The notes: generated by a model from the letters alone, not told the origin. A stretch of DNA of 64,000 nt from Octopus sinensis (GCF_006345805.1 NC_043006.1:83700001-83764000), one strand, 5' to 3'; shown: positions 13,678 to 27,297, counted from the stretch's first letter. Numbers and translations are program-made.

Positions 13678-14124
13678 TCATCATCAACATTTAATGTTCG
13701 TTTTCCATACTTGCACGGGTTGGATGGCTTGGCAGAAACTGGCAAGGCCAGGGGCCATACCAGGATCCATAGTCTGTTTCAGCTTGGTTTCTACAGCTGG
13801 ATACCTTTCCTAACACCAACCACTTACAAAGTGTACTGGGTGCTTTTTACGTGGTACCATATATAGTTAGATATACAACTACTTCTATGAGCTAGAGCTC
13901 CATATAGGTTATCAGTATCCACTCAGCTGCTAGTATAGTGATAAAAAAACTCACTCTATTACGCAGTCTTAATAGGCTATGATATACAGAGCATATGTAG
14001 TGGACAATTAAGATAAATGCCAGCATAGATATTTAGTTCCTACAAACGTTTCGCCATTGCAGTTATTTAGACCTCTGCATTCAATGTTCTGAGCTATTAG
14101 ATCTCTAACGGAGTGCAATAAACT

Positions 14125-14222
14125 GTTCCCCTGATGATCCATTGCAGTCAGGCATCCAAATACACTTGGAGCATCCAATACTGAGTCCCAAATAACTGGA
14201 TTGGGGAAACGTACATAAGAAC
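14125..14222 (+). ncRNA. Degenerate type I hammerhead, 48-nt loop II
   Basis: GUUCCC CUGAUGA UCCAUUGCAG [48 nt] CUGGAUUGGG GAAAC GUAC AUA^AGAAC. An inverted partner (14036-14062, -) supplies the undecayed 3' half CUGCAAUGGC GAAAC GUUU GUA GGAAC. Confidence 0.6.
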
Positions 14223-14363
14223 TAAATATTTATGCTAGTGTTTATCTTAATTTTCCACTATGCGTGTATGCGTGGGGAAGGGGGCTGTTGGGGTGTTATA
14301 TGTATAGACAGACAGACAGGGAGATACTGATAGACACATATAGACTGATAGGTGTGTGTATGT

Positions 14364-14412
<49 letters not shown>

Positions 14413-14623
14413 CTTTTGGACAATATAGGCAATGCAAATGAGAATAATTCTGGTAATCACAGCATAGTTGCCACTTTCTTTCAGTCTAGAAATAAAGCAA
14501 ATTAAATCAAGAATAATCTAGATTTTGCAAACACTGATCCAAAAGCATAACCGTTTAAAAAATTTTTAAGTAAAAACACCTAAATATTTATTTTTTGCCT
14601 TTACTTTCTTCATTCAAAAAATA

Positions 14624-15263
14624 TAAACAGACGTCTCCCTTGGAGATGTCTGCCTTGCAAAATATAAGGGAAGAATTTAGGTGGAATGATGCCATTGAAG
14701 GTTAAAGTTCATGTGTCTAAGATTTATGTGCCAAAGGGCACTGATATGATTCTGGAGTTGCTATTACTTTTAAAACTCCATCAGAAAATTGATAAGTTGA
14801 AACATTTTCATACCCTTATCAGGGTATGAAATTTACTATCAGGGTAACTTGATGAAGGTCAAGTTCTGTTTATTTTCCTGTTTATATCATACATAATTTA
14901 CAATTCTGATCACCCTACATCAGCACTTTGATGAGATACTATTAAACAGACGTCTCCCTTGGAGATGTCTGCCTTGCAAAATATAAGGGAAGAATTTAGG
15001 TGGAATGATGCCATTGAAGGTTAAAGTTCATGTGTCTAAGATTTATGTGCCAAAGGGCACTGATATGATTCTGGAGTTGCTATTACTTTTAAAACTCCAT
15101 CAGAAAATTGATAAGTTGAAACATTTTCATACCCTTATCAGGGTATGAAATTTACTATCAGGGTAACTTGATGAAGGTCAAGTTCTGTTTATTTTCCTGT
15201 TTATATCATACATAATTTACAATTCTGATCACCCTACATCAGCACTTTGATGAGATACTATTA
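14624..15263. repeat. Tandem duplication, 319-bp unit x 2
   Basis: taaacagacgtctcccttggag... at 14624 and 14943. The copies appear identical. Confidence 0.95.
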
Positions 15264-17096
15264 GGGCAGACATGGATTTTTAAATTGGTATTTTTAAATT
15301 GTCATGTTTCACTCCCAAAAGCTTCAATTTGTGTTTTGTTTTCCCAGTCGGTCATGTATTTTTTTTGCTTAACTGATATTTGAGTGTGCCACTTTACTAT
15401 AAAAAGCATCTAAATATTTCACAGCATCACGATATTAGGGTATATCCTTTACAGTTATGGAGTTTATGTTTATCTGAAAAGAAGAAAGTTTTGTTTTTTT
15501 TTCCAAAAATAGCTAAAATTTCAGGAAGTCTTTGCCTCATCTCAGCTGCATAAATAATGAAAGGAGAAAATCTTGACTACATTTTCTGAAGCTGCTTTCT
15601 TTATTTTCATAAAGTCATCGTCATCATCATCATCGTCATCATCATTACCATTATGTAATGTCCATTTTCCATGTTGTTCTGAGTTCAAATTCCGCCAAGA
15701 TCAACTTTGCCTTTCATCCTTTCAGAGTCAATAAATTAAGTATCAGTTGCAAACTGGGGTCAATCTAATCGGCTGATCCTCTCCCCAAAAATTTTGTGCC
15801 TTGTGCCTAGAGTAGAAAAGAATATTACTAAAAACTCTTCTGATGCGTAGGCACAGGAGTGGCTGTGTGGTAAGTATCTTGCTAACCAACCACATGGTTC
15901 CAGGTTCAGTCCCACTGCATGGCATCTTGGGCAAGTGTCTTCTGCTATAGCCCCGGGCCGACCAATGCCTTGTGAGTGGATTTGGTAGACGGAAACTGAA
16001 AGAAGCCTGTCGTATATATGTATATATATATCTGTGTGTGTGTGTGTCTGTATTTGTCCCCCTAGCATTGCTTGACAACCGATGCTGGTGTGTTTACGTC
16101 CCCGTTACTTAGCGGTTCGGCACCTTGGGCAAGTATCTTCTATTATAGCCTCAGGCCGACCAAAGCCTTGTGAGTAGATTTAGTAGACGGAAACTGAAAG
16201 AAGCCCGTCGTATATATGTATATATATATATGTGTGTGTATATGTTTGTGTGTCTGTGCTTGACAACCGATACTGGTGTGTTTACGTCCCCATAACTTAG
16301 TGGTTCAGCAAAAGAGTCTGATAGAATAAGTGCTGGGCTTACAAAGAATAAGTACCAGGGTCGATTTGCTCGACTAAAAGGCGGTGCTCCAACATGGCCG
16401 CAGTCAAATGACTGAAACAAGTAAAAGAGTATACATATATACGACGGGCTTCTTTCAGTTTCCGTCTACTAAATCCACTCACAAGGCTTTGGTCGGCCTG
16501 AGGCTATAGTAGAATATACTTGCCCAAGGTGCCACACAGTGGGACTGAACCCGGAACCATGTGGTTGGTAAGCAAGCTACTTACCACACAGCCACTCCTA
16601 CACCTATTTCAAAATTACTTTCAAAATTAATTTAAAACAAAGTGTATTTCAGCAGAAAGATGGTAACAAGAGGGTTAATTACATGGAGTCAAGAGAGTCA
16701 ACCAAATGACCACAGTTGACAATCTCGCAGAGTTGTTACTCCTTAGATGCATAACTATTGGTTCTTCAGTCTTTGAATGTTCATTAGAATTACTACTAGT
16801 TTTGAAAATAGCTCAACAATTCTGAATAGCATTATACTCTTATGCTACATAAAGTCAGTGCGCTGGTAGAATTGTTAGTACACCATACAAAATGCTTAGT
16901 AGAATTTCGTCTGTCTCTATGTTCTGAGTTTAAATTCCACCAAGGTCAACTTTGCCTTTCATCCTTTTGGAGTCAATGAAATAACTACCAGTTGAGCATT
17001 GGGGTCGATGTAATTGACTTAACCCTTCCCCAAAACTGCTGGCCTAGAGCCAAAATTTGAACCAATATACTCTTATGTTATATTGATACAAAGTGA

Positions 17097-17420
17097 GGGC
17101 GCGTGGCTTAGTGGTTAGGGCATTCGGCTCATGATCGTAAGGTTGTGAGTTCGATTCCCGGCGACGCGTTATGTCCTTGAGCAAGACACTTTATTTCACG
17201 TTGCTCCAGTCCACTCAGCTGGCAAAAATGAGTTGTACTTGTATTTCAAAGGGTCAGCCTTGTCACTCTCTGTGTCACGCTGATTATCCCCGAGAACTAC
17301 GTTAAGGGTACACGTGTCTGTGGAATGCTCAGCCATTTGCACGTTAATTTCACGAGCAAGCTGTTCCGTTGATCGTATCAGCTGGGACCCTCGTCGTCGT
17401 AACCGGCGGAGTCTTTTTAA
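17097..17420 (+). mobile_element. tRNA-derived SINE
   Basis: Pol III A box TGGCTTAGTGG and B box GTTCGATTCCC, followed by a CORE-like tgtccttgagcaagacactt body. No complete cloverleaf or CCA end. Confidence 0.75.
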
Positions 17421-19403
17421 TTGATACAAAATTTTGTGTGCTTTTTGTAATCCTTTACCTTCCCAAAGTATTTTCATGAGTTTATTTTAATTATCCATGC
17501 TTGTTTCCAGACTTTCAGTTAACCTATATTTCATATGTTCTGAGTAATAATATAAAGCTTTCCTTTCATAAGTCCCAAGTTACTCTGGTGGTTGAGAAAA
17601 AACTGAGAACATGTATCATGTATGATGCATGGGCACCAAGGAAATATGTCTTGTGTGTCACATGTGATTCACAGGACAGATAAAATTGAGGATGTGTATG
17701 ATATATGGTGCAAGGATGAAGGGAAATGTGTTCTGTATGTCATATCTGATACACAGGACAGCGATAAATTATTTCAACCAGTGATGCATTTAAAAAAAAT
17801 AGTTCATCAGCCACAATGCTTTTAATCAAAAGAAATACAGGAACTGGTAAACAAAATTAACCTAAATATGAGAAAATATCTCAATAATAACAAGTTTAAT
17901 TATGCAAAATTAGCTGGTAATCATAATTTACTCAGATCAAACAGAAATATATACATATATACATAACTACCTACCAACATGCATACATCATTTTATGTCC
18001 ATTTTCCCATGCTTACAAGGCTCAAATGGAATTTGTTAAGGCAGGTTGTCTATGGTACGTTCTCTTCCTGTCACTAACCCTCATTTGTTTCCAAGGAAGG
18101 TAATATTTCCTCAGTGACCAGATGTGTTTTTCACTTAACCCTCTTGGGACACCCAGGCCAACTGCTCAGCCCAAGTGATACAAGCTCAAAGAACTTTGAG
18201 GCCAATCCACTGGCCCAATAGAACGAATGTTGTGAATGGTTGGTTTTGAAGTGTAGTAGCTAATCAGAGATCGTCTTTCAGTAGACATATCTCAAAAGAA
18301 AAAAATTATGGTCTTTTTGGCTACACATACCAAAACACTGTGTCTCAAAAGGGTTAAGGCTAAAAATGAACAAATTTGCTTGTATGACAATAAAACTCAT
18401 TTACAACCAACACATGATGTCAAGACAAAGGTGCATACAAACAAATACACACACATGCATGAAAGTGAAAGTAAATGGATAAAAAGGTAAATATTCATTA
18501 CTACATTATTAACAATAAAGAAAGAATATGAGGTATTTGCAAAGTTTGTATCCAAAACAGAAATTGCCCAAATGAATGTGTGCAGTTCTTGAAAAGACCA
18601 ATGCTTGATAAAAAGCTTGCACTGTTTCACATAACACTAGAATTCATTTAGGCAAAGATGTAAATTTTGGGGGAAAAATCCCCCCAAAATGCTTGCATTT
18701 GGCTCAGCATTTATAAAACCTAAATAGGTAATATCATTTAGCATATGGGTTCATAAGCTTCTTTTTCATTGACTGAGATGACAACAGTTTCCCTAAGATG
18801 CATTGTTTTGACCAATCAGAACCACTATTACTCAAAACTCTAGTTGCTAGCAATATTTTGCAGAATATTTTTAAAATCAAAATCAAGACAATAATTTCTT
18901 TTTTTTTATATAAAATTAAGCCAGGGGCAAGATCAAGTCCTCAAGCCTTATATCTAACGCATCTGATCGAAATGGTAAAACCTTACATCTTGGCATAAGC
19001 ATAAAGACTCCAGGCCAAAATTTTAAAAAAGACTCTAAAATAGTAATCATGATTTAAAGCCAAATGATTAATGCAAAAGACAAGTTTCAGTCCCAAGTAA
19101 AAGATAATTTTTCTCAGTTGGCATGATTATGTATATTCAATATATAAAGGAATATTTAAGCATTCGATTATATTCTTTTATTCTTTTATTCTTTTACATG
19201 TTTCAGCCATTTGACTGACATTGCTGGAGCACCACCTTTAGCCAAGCAAATCGATCCCAGGACATATTCTTTGTAAGCCTAGTACTTATAGTATAGGCCT
19301 CTTTTGCCAAACTGCTAAGTTACAGGGATGTAAACACGCCAGCATCGATTGTCAAGCGATGGTGGGTGGGGGGACAAACACAGACACACAAATATATACA
19401 CAC

Positions 19404-19458
<55 letters not shown>

Positions 19459-20522
19459 CATCCCATGGATTTATTTTGATAATACCATACAAAATTCTGG
19501 TGCCTCTGACTTAAATACCATATTCATTTGAATCTAAATTTTGCTGAACTTGTATATATATATATATATATATATATATACAACAGGCTTCTTTCAGTTT
19601 CTGTGTACCAAATCCACTCACAAGGCTTTGGTCAGCCCAAGGCTATAGTAGAGGACACTTGCCCAAAGAGCCATGCAGTGGGACTGAACCCAGAACCATG
19701 TGATTGGTAAGCAAGCTACTTAATGACACAGCCACCCCTGTGCCTATGTATAGGAATATCAATTTAATGAGGTGATGTCATGATTCTGATTATGGAGGGA
19801 TATGGTATCATGGAAGAGTGCTCTGTATATTAAATACTTACCATATATACTCGTGGATAGGTTGCACCAGCAGATAGGTCACCCCCTTAGTTTGGGGTTG
19901 TCAAAGTAGGTATTTGCAGTTGACTCATAGCTTATAGTGGAACCTATCATCATCATCATCATGTTAAAGGATGATAATGATGATAGGTAGCACTATAATC
20001 TGGGGAGTTACTTGGCCCTTTTTAATGTAAACATAACTAATATTTGTTATATCTTATCAAATATTCACCTTTATTTCAAAACTTTGCTTACAAAATTACA
20101 ACAGTTTTGTGAAAGTGACTTAATGAAAGTAGTCTAATTAATAAATCCACTTGACAAAAAAACCTGATAACTATCAACTTGACAAGAAAAATGCCTAGAA
20201 TTACAAACAGAACAGAAAAAAATGTTCCATAAGAAAAGTGTTTATTCATTTAGATATAATTATTAAACTTTATCAGGATTGAAACCCCTAAGTTCTTCTT
20301 GGTCATCATCATTATCAAACAGTCTTTTCATTTATTCATTAGTTACAGTGTAGTCATCAGTGACCGTGTCATAGTAGTTGTTTAGCTCATCATCAGTTAT
20401 GGTACGTTCATCTCCATCCAAATTCGCTATCTTTTCCATGCTTGAACCAATCAAACCCTTATGCCTCCCATTGTCTTCAGCGCCATCCATGGTAGTTGAA
20501 ATTTTTTGAAGGACTTCCTAAT

Positions 20523-20935
20523 TAGGTGTAGGAGTGGCTGTGTGGTAAGTAGCTTGCTTACCAACAACATGGTTCTGGGTTCAGTCCCACTGTGTCCCAC
20601 TTGGGCAAGTGTCTTCTACTATAGCCTTGGGCCAACCAAAGCCTTGAGAGTGGATTTGGTTGATGGAAACTGAAAGAAGCCTGTTGTATATAAGTGTATA
20701 TATATGTCTGTGTGTGTATATGTTTGTGTGTCTGTGTTTGTCCCCCCAACATCGCTTGACAACCGATGCTGGTGTGTTTACATCCCCATAACTTAGCGGT
20801 TTGGCTAAAGACACCTATAGAATAAGTACTAGGCTTACAAAGAATAAGTCCTGGGGTCGATTTGCTCGACTAAAGGTGGTGCTCCAGCATGGCCACAGTG
20901 AAATGACTGAAACAAGTAAAAGAAAAAAAAAATGA
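20523..20935 (+). mobile_element. CORE-type SINE (octopus OR2-like), representative of >=15 copies
   Basis: ggagtggctgtgtggtaag...cccactg..ttgggcaagtgtcttctactatagcc...gactgaaacaagtaaaag(agt)n. Other copies lie near 1370, 15850, 16110, 16430(-), 19185(-), 25425(-), 38565(-), 45900(-), 46185, 46427, 47105, 50390(-), 50790, 60725(-) and 63455. Confidence 0.8.
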
Positions 20936-21718
20936 AAAAAGAAATTAGTTCTTCAAGGATATTGTCCCAGGCTTCTTCACCCATTTTACTACTAAGCTCA
21001 ATCCAGGTCTTTTCAATGACCCACCTTTAATAAATTCCCTTTTGCCAGATATCATCCAAGGTGTTCACAATTTTCAAATGTAAGTCTTGAAAGATTTATT
21101 TACTGAAATGTCAAGTGGCTGCAAAAGAGAGGTGCAACTACCAGGAATGACTGCTTGCCTTGTTCAGCATTCCTTCAATTTAGCCTTATGGACTCACAGC
21201 AATGTGAGTTAAATATGCGCCAAACTAGAAAACTTCTGGGTCTGAGCAAGGCCTTTGAGCTTTTCATCCAAACTTTGTTCAACCAAACATTTGTGAAGTT
21301 TTTGTCTATCTATCTCTAAGGGTGTACTTAGAGACTGGTGGAAAGGAATTCTTCAGCATATTCTTCCTTTTGAAGACAACCATTGGACGAAGCTTTTTTC
21401 CATTAGCTTGACAGGCTAGCACTACGGTAAAATGTTATTTCTCATGCCCTGTAGTTTTTACTGTAACAATTTTGTTTCCCACTCTGTCACCTGTAGTGTT
21501 TCACAGCATATCTAAATACATGGACGTTTCATCCATGTTTCCAATATTTTCTACGGAGAATCAAACATTTTATGCTCCTTCAGAACAAACATTGAAAAAT
21601 TATGAAATTTTTCACCAATGTCTTTGGCAGTTTTTGAGTGATATGAGTTTTTTGGCATAATGTCAATCCACATCTATTCATAAATCTGGTACACCACCCT
21701 GCTGAGGATTTAAATTGC

Positions 21719-21720
<2 letters not shown>

Positions 21721-21759
<39 letters not shown>

Positions 21760-23910
21760 TGTATACAGTGCTCAGGTGCACTACAACTCATCTAAAGTGT
21801 ATATATAATCAGGTGTAGTTTCGACGGATTTCGGGAAGCATGAGGGCCTTGAAGGATGCAGTGTCATGGCAGTTAACAACTGATGCAGGCAGTTTATTCC
21901 ACGCTTCAGCAACCCTGAGCGTGAAAAAATGTTTCCGAAAGTCATGGGAGCTGTGCTGTTTTCTGACTTTGTAGGCATGTCCACGTGTGTTAGACACATG
22001 GAGATCAAAAAGGTGTTCAGTGTTGTTGTTGGTGAGGTGGTTGATAACCTTGTGGGTGTTTACCAAGTCTGTCGCCAGACGCCGGAGCTTCAGTGAATCC
22101 ATGCCCAGGGAAACAAGGCGCTCAGAATATGGTAGGTGTCTGATGGAGGGTATGCGTTTGGTTGCACATCTCTGGACAGATTCCAGGAGGTCAATGTTCT
22201 GAGCAAGATAGGGATTCCAAACTGATGATGCGAATTCCAAGTGTGGTCGTACCATAGCTGTATACAGTTTTAAATAGATGGCTGGAGAGCGGCTAACAAA
22301 AGTCTTGCTGAGTGATGCCAAGACACCCTCGGCCTTCTTGACAATTTTAGAGATATGCTTTGTCCAACGCAAATCACTGCTGACAGTGATGCCTAGGTCA
22401 CGCTCGCAAGAGGATTTCTTGATATCAGTGTTGTGGAGGGAGTATGTGGACGCAGGGTTTTTTCTCCCAAAATGCATGGTGGTACACTTGTCCACAGCCA
22501 GTTTCAGTTGCCAGTCTGTGATCCATTGCTGCATTGTGTCTAGGTCTGATTGCAGGAAAGAGTTGTAGACATCAGGATCAGTCCTCTTGATTTCAAGGTA
22601 CAGCTTGATGTCGTCTGCATATTTCAATACTGTGGCATTCTTTAAATTGGCATCTATGTCATTAATGTATGCCACAAACAGGAGGGGACCAAGGACAGAT
22701 CCCTGTGGTACACCCGATGACATCTCATATGGTGTAGAGTGCTGTCCTAGAACTGTGACTACCTCCTTTCGGCTGAGGATGAAGGATTTCAACCAGTTAA
22801 AAAGGTCATCCCCCACACCCATTGCAGAGAGTTTCACCATAAGCCTTTTGTGTGGCACAGAGTTGAAAGCCTTAGCAAAGTCAAGGTAGACAATATCCAC
22901 CCATGAGCCACTGTCAGTGATCTGAGTAATGTCCTCAAGGAACTCGACAAGCTGGTCACTGCAGCTGGAGTTAGGGACAAATCCATATTGTGAGGGTCGG
23001 ATGAGACTGTGAGAGCTCCAGAAGTTCCAGAGTGTTTCTCTGACACACGATTCCATCAGTTTTGCAATACAGCTAGTGAGACTGACTGGGCGATAGTTGA
23101 CAGGTGATGTGCGGTCACCCTTTTTGAACAGAGGAATGACACTGGCAGTTTTCCACTGCTCCAGAGTAGCACCATTGTTGAGACAGTACTGGAAGAAAAT
23201 AGAAAGCTGGTGTAAAAGGAAGTGCCTGCCACGTTTGAGAAGCAGGTATGTAACTCCATCGAGACCAGGGGAGGCATAGTTGCGCTTATTTTGAAGGTGA
23301 CGTCGCAGCATTGCAGGTGTAAATTCCATAGTTGTTATGGAGTTTGCTGTTAGTGATGGTGAAGATGGTACATTTTGACTTTCGACAGTGAATATGTTTG
23401 CATAGCACTCGGCAATGAGTTCTGCGCATTCCTTGGGGTCGTCAGTGATCTGGTTCGTGTGAGGGTTGCGAAGAGGGCCCACTGGAGAGTGAGGTCTCTG
23501 CTTTGAATGCACATATTTCCAGAAAACCTTGCTGTCAGGATTGGCTGCTATGCACTGTTCAAATTCAAGCACTGCATTTTTTGTCACTTGCTTGAGATGG
23601 TTGGAGGATTTATTCCGCTTCTTCCTGTTGGTGTCTGATTTATGCAACCTGTATTCCCGTTCAGCAGTCCGACGTTCCCTCCTGGCAAGTCGGACCGCTG
23701 AAGTTTCCCAAATTGCCCTTTTGGGGCGGTTCTTCTTTTTTTGTTTACGTGGCACTGATGCTGCACATGCTGCCCATATTGAGTCCAGGATACTCTGGAG
23801 TATAGTATTCACATCTCCAGAGTTGTAGAATTCACGCCAGTTTGGGTGCTGTAGTTCAGTGTGGTACAGGTTCCAATCTGCTCTCTTCCAATCGAAGGAA
23901 GCAGATTGGA
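21721..23910 (-). mobile_element. 5'-truncated CR1-clade LINE with uninterrupted reverse transcriptase ORF (21809-23812) and (ATT)n tail
   Basis: 667-aa ORF with NYRPVSLTS, LDFAKAFNSVPH, GVPQGSVLGPLLF, YADD and CR1-type HLEFASSVWNP / LRRLATDL. It begins at the EN-RT linker FDWKRADW, so the endonuclease is missing. (AAT)n at 21721-21759 is the 3' tail. Confidence 0.93.
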
Positions 23911-26008
23911 GATGGTACTTTGGGGCAAGCTGAATGGCTTTGGTTCTTATTGAAAGTTTGGCTAGAGTGAGACCATTATTTCTGAGGTCTACGCACTAAT
24001 CACACAATTATTTTTCAAGATTTTGGTACAGAGATGCTGCAAATCTTGCTGCTCTCTTCAAATTTGGCATTTCTCTAAGCTGTTCCTTCAGCTTCTTCCA
24101 TCAACTCACCACCTTTTCTGAATCACCAAACTCTCTTTCTGCAGATCTGTTTCCATGTTCTTATGTATAACCCACCATTTTCAACTTAAACCTACTTCAT
24201 AATTCTTTCTCTTACTCAGGATTAGGGTTTGCAAGTATTAAAATATTTTAACAAAACATCAGGGCGAATAAACGTTGTCAAAAAGACCAAAATGCAAACT
24301 CCCAATTTCTGCTTTCTAGTAAACAGATGTCCCAAAAATGTTTCCATAACAACTTGATAACTGAAAAGCTTGAGCTCAGGGTATGTGCCTGAAATACAGA
24401 TACGTCGCCATCTACTTTAGATCCCTGTGATGTCAAGCGGGTAGGTCACAACCCTGATTTTTATCGAAATGTTTGGTAACAAAAAAGTGCAACTTATCCG
24501 CGAGTATGTACAGTATATGTTAGAGTATCAGACCTGTAATATGCTAAGTTGAAAAAAATTAATCAGCTGAGATTATGCAAGAAATTAATTAACAAGAACT
24601 GATTTTAGAGGTGCTGAATAGCCAAAAATAAATGAAGGGAAATAACTCTAGACGGACAGACAGACAGATAGATAGATAACAGCGGTGGGGTGAGAGAATG
24701 GCAGAAAAAGAAATTGATAGTGCATATAGTAATGCACTAGCATTGCTCGGGCTTGTTTTCTTTTCAACCCTTTAGAATTGGAATTTTTGAAAAGTAAAAA
24801 TTTTGCATTATGTAGCTTGTTATTCTCTTAAAGTGAACATTTTTCTGGTTGAAATACACCAAATAAATGACGACACAACAGTCAAAAAATCGTAAAAAAA
24901 TCAGGATTTTCATAGAAAAAAAGCACCTTTTTAATGTAAATAATTTTTGGTGTTAACATGGTCCAATTTGAATTTTTTCTTCTATGGAAGGAAGAGCAAA
25001 CCTTCTTCTATCATACTCTCAATTTTGGTCAACTTGCGCCGCAGGGTCTCAGAGGAGATAGTGTTAATTGAAGGCTACTAAACCTGCCATACACAGACAA
25101 CTTCAGCTTTATATATAGAGAGAGATTAGTGTATCTCAGCTCAAAACCACCCTGATCAATGAAACCTATAATCAAAGGCATTGCAGCTGTGACTCCAATC
25201 ATGTCTTTCTTGCCTTTTGCATAATGCAGTGGTTCTGAACCAGGTTCCATATGGTGCTTGGGAGGGAAGGGTGTCCATATAGGATTTTATTGTTAATGTT
25301 TATGGGAAATAAATTGGTTATTCTGCTACAATACACAAAATATTAAAAATTTCTAAACAATTCCTAATAATATTTAATTATAAAAATACAGTAAATTTAA
25401 TGAGGATCCTTCTGTATCTGTCCTACTCTCTTTACTCTCTTTTACTCTTTTACTTGTTTCAGTCATTTGACTGTGGCCATGCTGGAGCACCGCCTTTAGT
25501 TGAGTAAATCGACCCCAGGACTTATTCTCTGTAAGCCTAATACTTATTCTATCATTCTCTTTTGCTAAACCGCTAAGTTACGGGGACGTAAACACAGCAG
25601 CATTGGTTGTCAAGCGATGTTGGGGGTACAAACACACACACACACATACACATATATATATACAACAGGTTTCTTTCAGTTTCCATTGACCAAATCCACT
25701 CACAAGGCTTTGGTCGGCCCGAGGCTATAGTAGAAGACACTTGCACAAGGCACCACACAGTGGGAATGAACCCAGAACCATGTGGTTGGTAAGCAAGCTA
25801 TTTACAGCCACTCCTACATGTACATTTTATAGTATTTAATGCATTTTTCATTGATTGAGTAACTAAACACGATGCATCCTGACTTTTGTTATATATATAT
25901 AGATATAGAAAACAAAGTTAGTTTATTCCACACGGGCAGAAATATAGTAAAAGTAGAATTTGAAAATGCACTGAGAATGGTTAAAATATCTTATATTGAT
26001 ATATTTAA

Positions 26009-26229
26009 CCCTTTCGTTACTGTATTTATTTTGAGATGCTCTGTGTTTCATTCAATTAATTTTAAATATAACAAAGAATTTAGTAAAATAACTTAGTTAT
26101 CATTAAGCTAGTGTTGGAACATAAATTGTGAGTAAAGTTTGGTGGAAGATTTTAATTCAAAACTTCTGAAAACAAGACATTTGTACTACAGAGCCAGAGG
26201 CGGTTTTGGCCAGGTTGGTATCAAAAGGG
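26009..26229. mobile_element. piggyBac-like MITE (related copies 18139-18353 and truncated 51769-51910)
   Basis: TTAA|CCCTTT...AAAGGG|TTAA termini. Confidence 0.75.
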
Positions 26230-26233
26230 TTAA

Positions 26234-27160
26234 AGATGGAACCGGTTTCACAGTTTACACTGATTTTCAAAAATTTGAAATAGAAAATGTGGCTTATGTT
26301 ACAGCTGTCTTGCTTCTGACTAGTATTCAAAGCTTGCTCTATTTTTATAGGGTGTTCATGGCTCAGTTTAGTATATGTTTTGAATAGTTTTTGATAGGGA
26401 GAGGGTAGTCACATGGTCTTAGAAATTTTTGTAAGTTCCCCACTATGTCTGTGTGTTAGTATCAAGTAACAAAGTTTAGTGTCATAAGTTAAGGCTGATA
26501 TGATTGACTGAACAAGTCTAGCGGTAGTACAAAACAATCAATGCTCTGAAAGTTTTCTGCCAGGTATTTGTAGAGAATGAACAAGTGATTAAGTTTAGAA
26601 CCTTCTGTAAGTTTCCCCGCTATGTCCATGCATTAGTGTCACGTGAGAGTATATTTTGCACTTAAAAATGAAGGCTGACATGGTTGAGCGAACATGTCCA
26701 ATTGCAATCAAGGCACTCAAATGTAATCTATCTGGCAGGAGAGTAGATGACAGAAGTCATTTGTGTGTAGTCCAGTGGCTAAAGTTTAGGTTGTAAGCTG
26801 TGTAGGTTCCTCATGTTAAGTGGCAGAATGAATTTTGTGTGAGAATACTTATTTGTGTTTGTACTTTACTAAAGTTTGTTAAATATGGGTTTGTACTTTT
26901 GCATGAAAGCATTCTCTTGTCACTTGACACTAATACACAGATGTAGTGGGGAACCTACCAAAATTTCTAAGACCAGTCATGTGACTACCCTCTACCAATC
27001 GAATTCTCTTCGAAACATATACTAATTTGAGTCATGAACTCCTTTTAAAAATAGAGCAAGCTTCAAACACTAGTCAGAAGCAAAACAACTGCATCATAAG
27101 CCATGTCTTTCAATTTCAAATTTTTGAAAATCAGTGTAAACTGTGAAACCGGTTACATCT
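26234..27160. mobile_element. Non-autonomous Kolobok-like DNA transposon with ~250-bp TIRs
   Basis: TTAA|AGATGGAACCGGTTTCACAG... and ...CTGTGAAACCGGTTACATCT|TTAA, giving TTAA TSDs and RR termini. The long TIRs run about 26234-26470 and 26915-27160. Confidence 0.75.
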
Positions 27161-27233
27161 TTAATTATACTAATAAAAAATATCTTATCTATTCTCTGTG
27201 CATTTTCAACTTCTATTTTTCCTATATATACAT

Positions 27234-27297
<64 letters not shown>

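Larger units (their letters stand above)
19841..24513 (-). mobile_element. Degenerate pogo/Tigger-like (DDE_1) DNA transposon, interrupted by a CR1 LINE and a CORE-SINE
   Basis: TIRs ccatatatactcgtggataggttgcac (19841) and gtgcaacttatccgcgagtatgtacag (ends 24513), both flanked by TA. Minus-strand remnants: Brinker-like FKLKMVGYT*EHGNRSAEREFG (~24130-24210), HTH ...DLRNNGLTLAKLSIRTKAIQLA / FKSSAGWCTRFMNR, DDE IGNMDETSMYLDM..KTTGHEK*HFTVVLACQANG (~21400-21560), and an acidic tail near 20270-20450. Confidence 0.88.

Noticed and set aside
17097-17170. Possible tRNA gene
   Set aside because: A and B boxes are present but the acceptor and anticodon stems do not pair well, and it continues into a SINE body.
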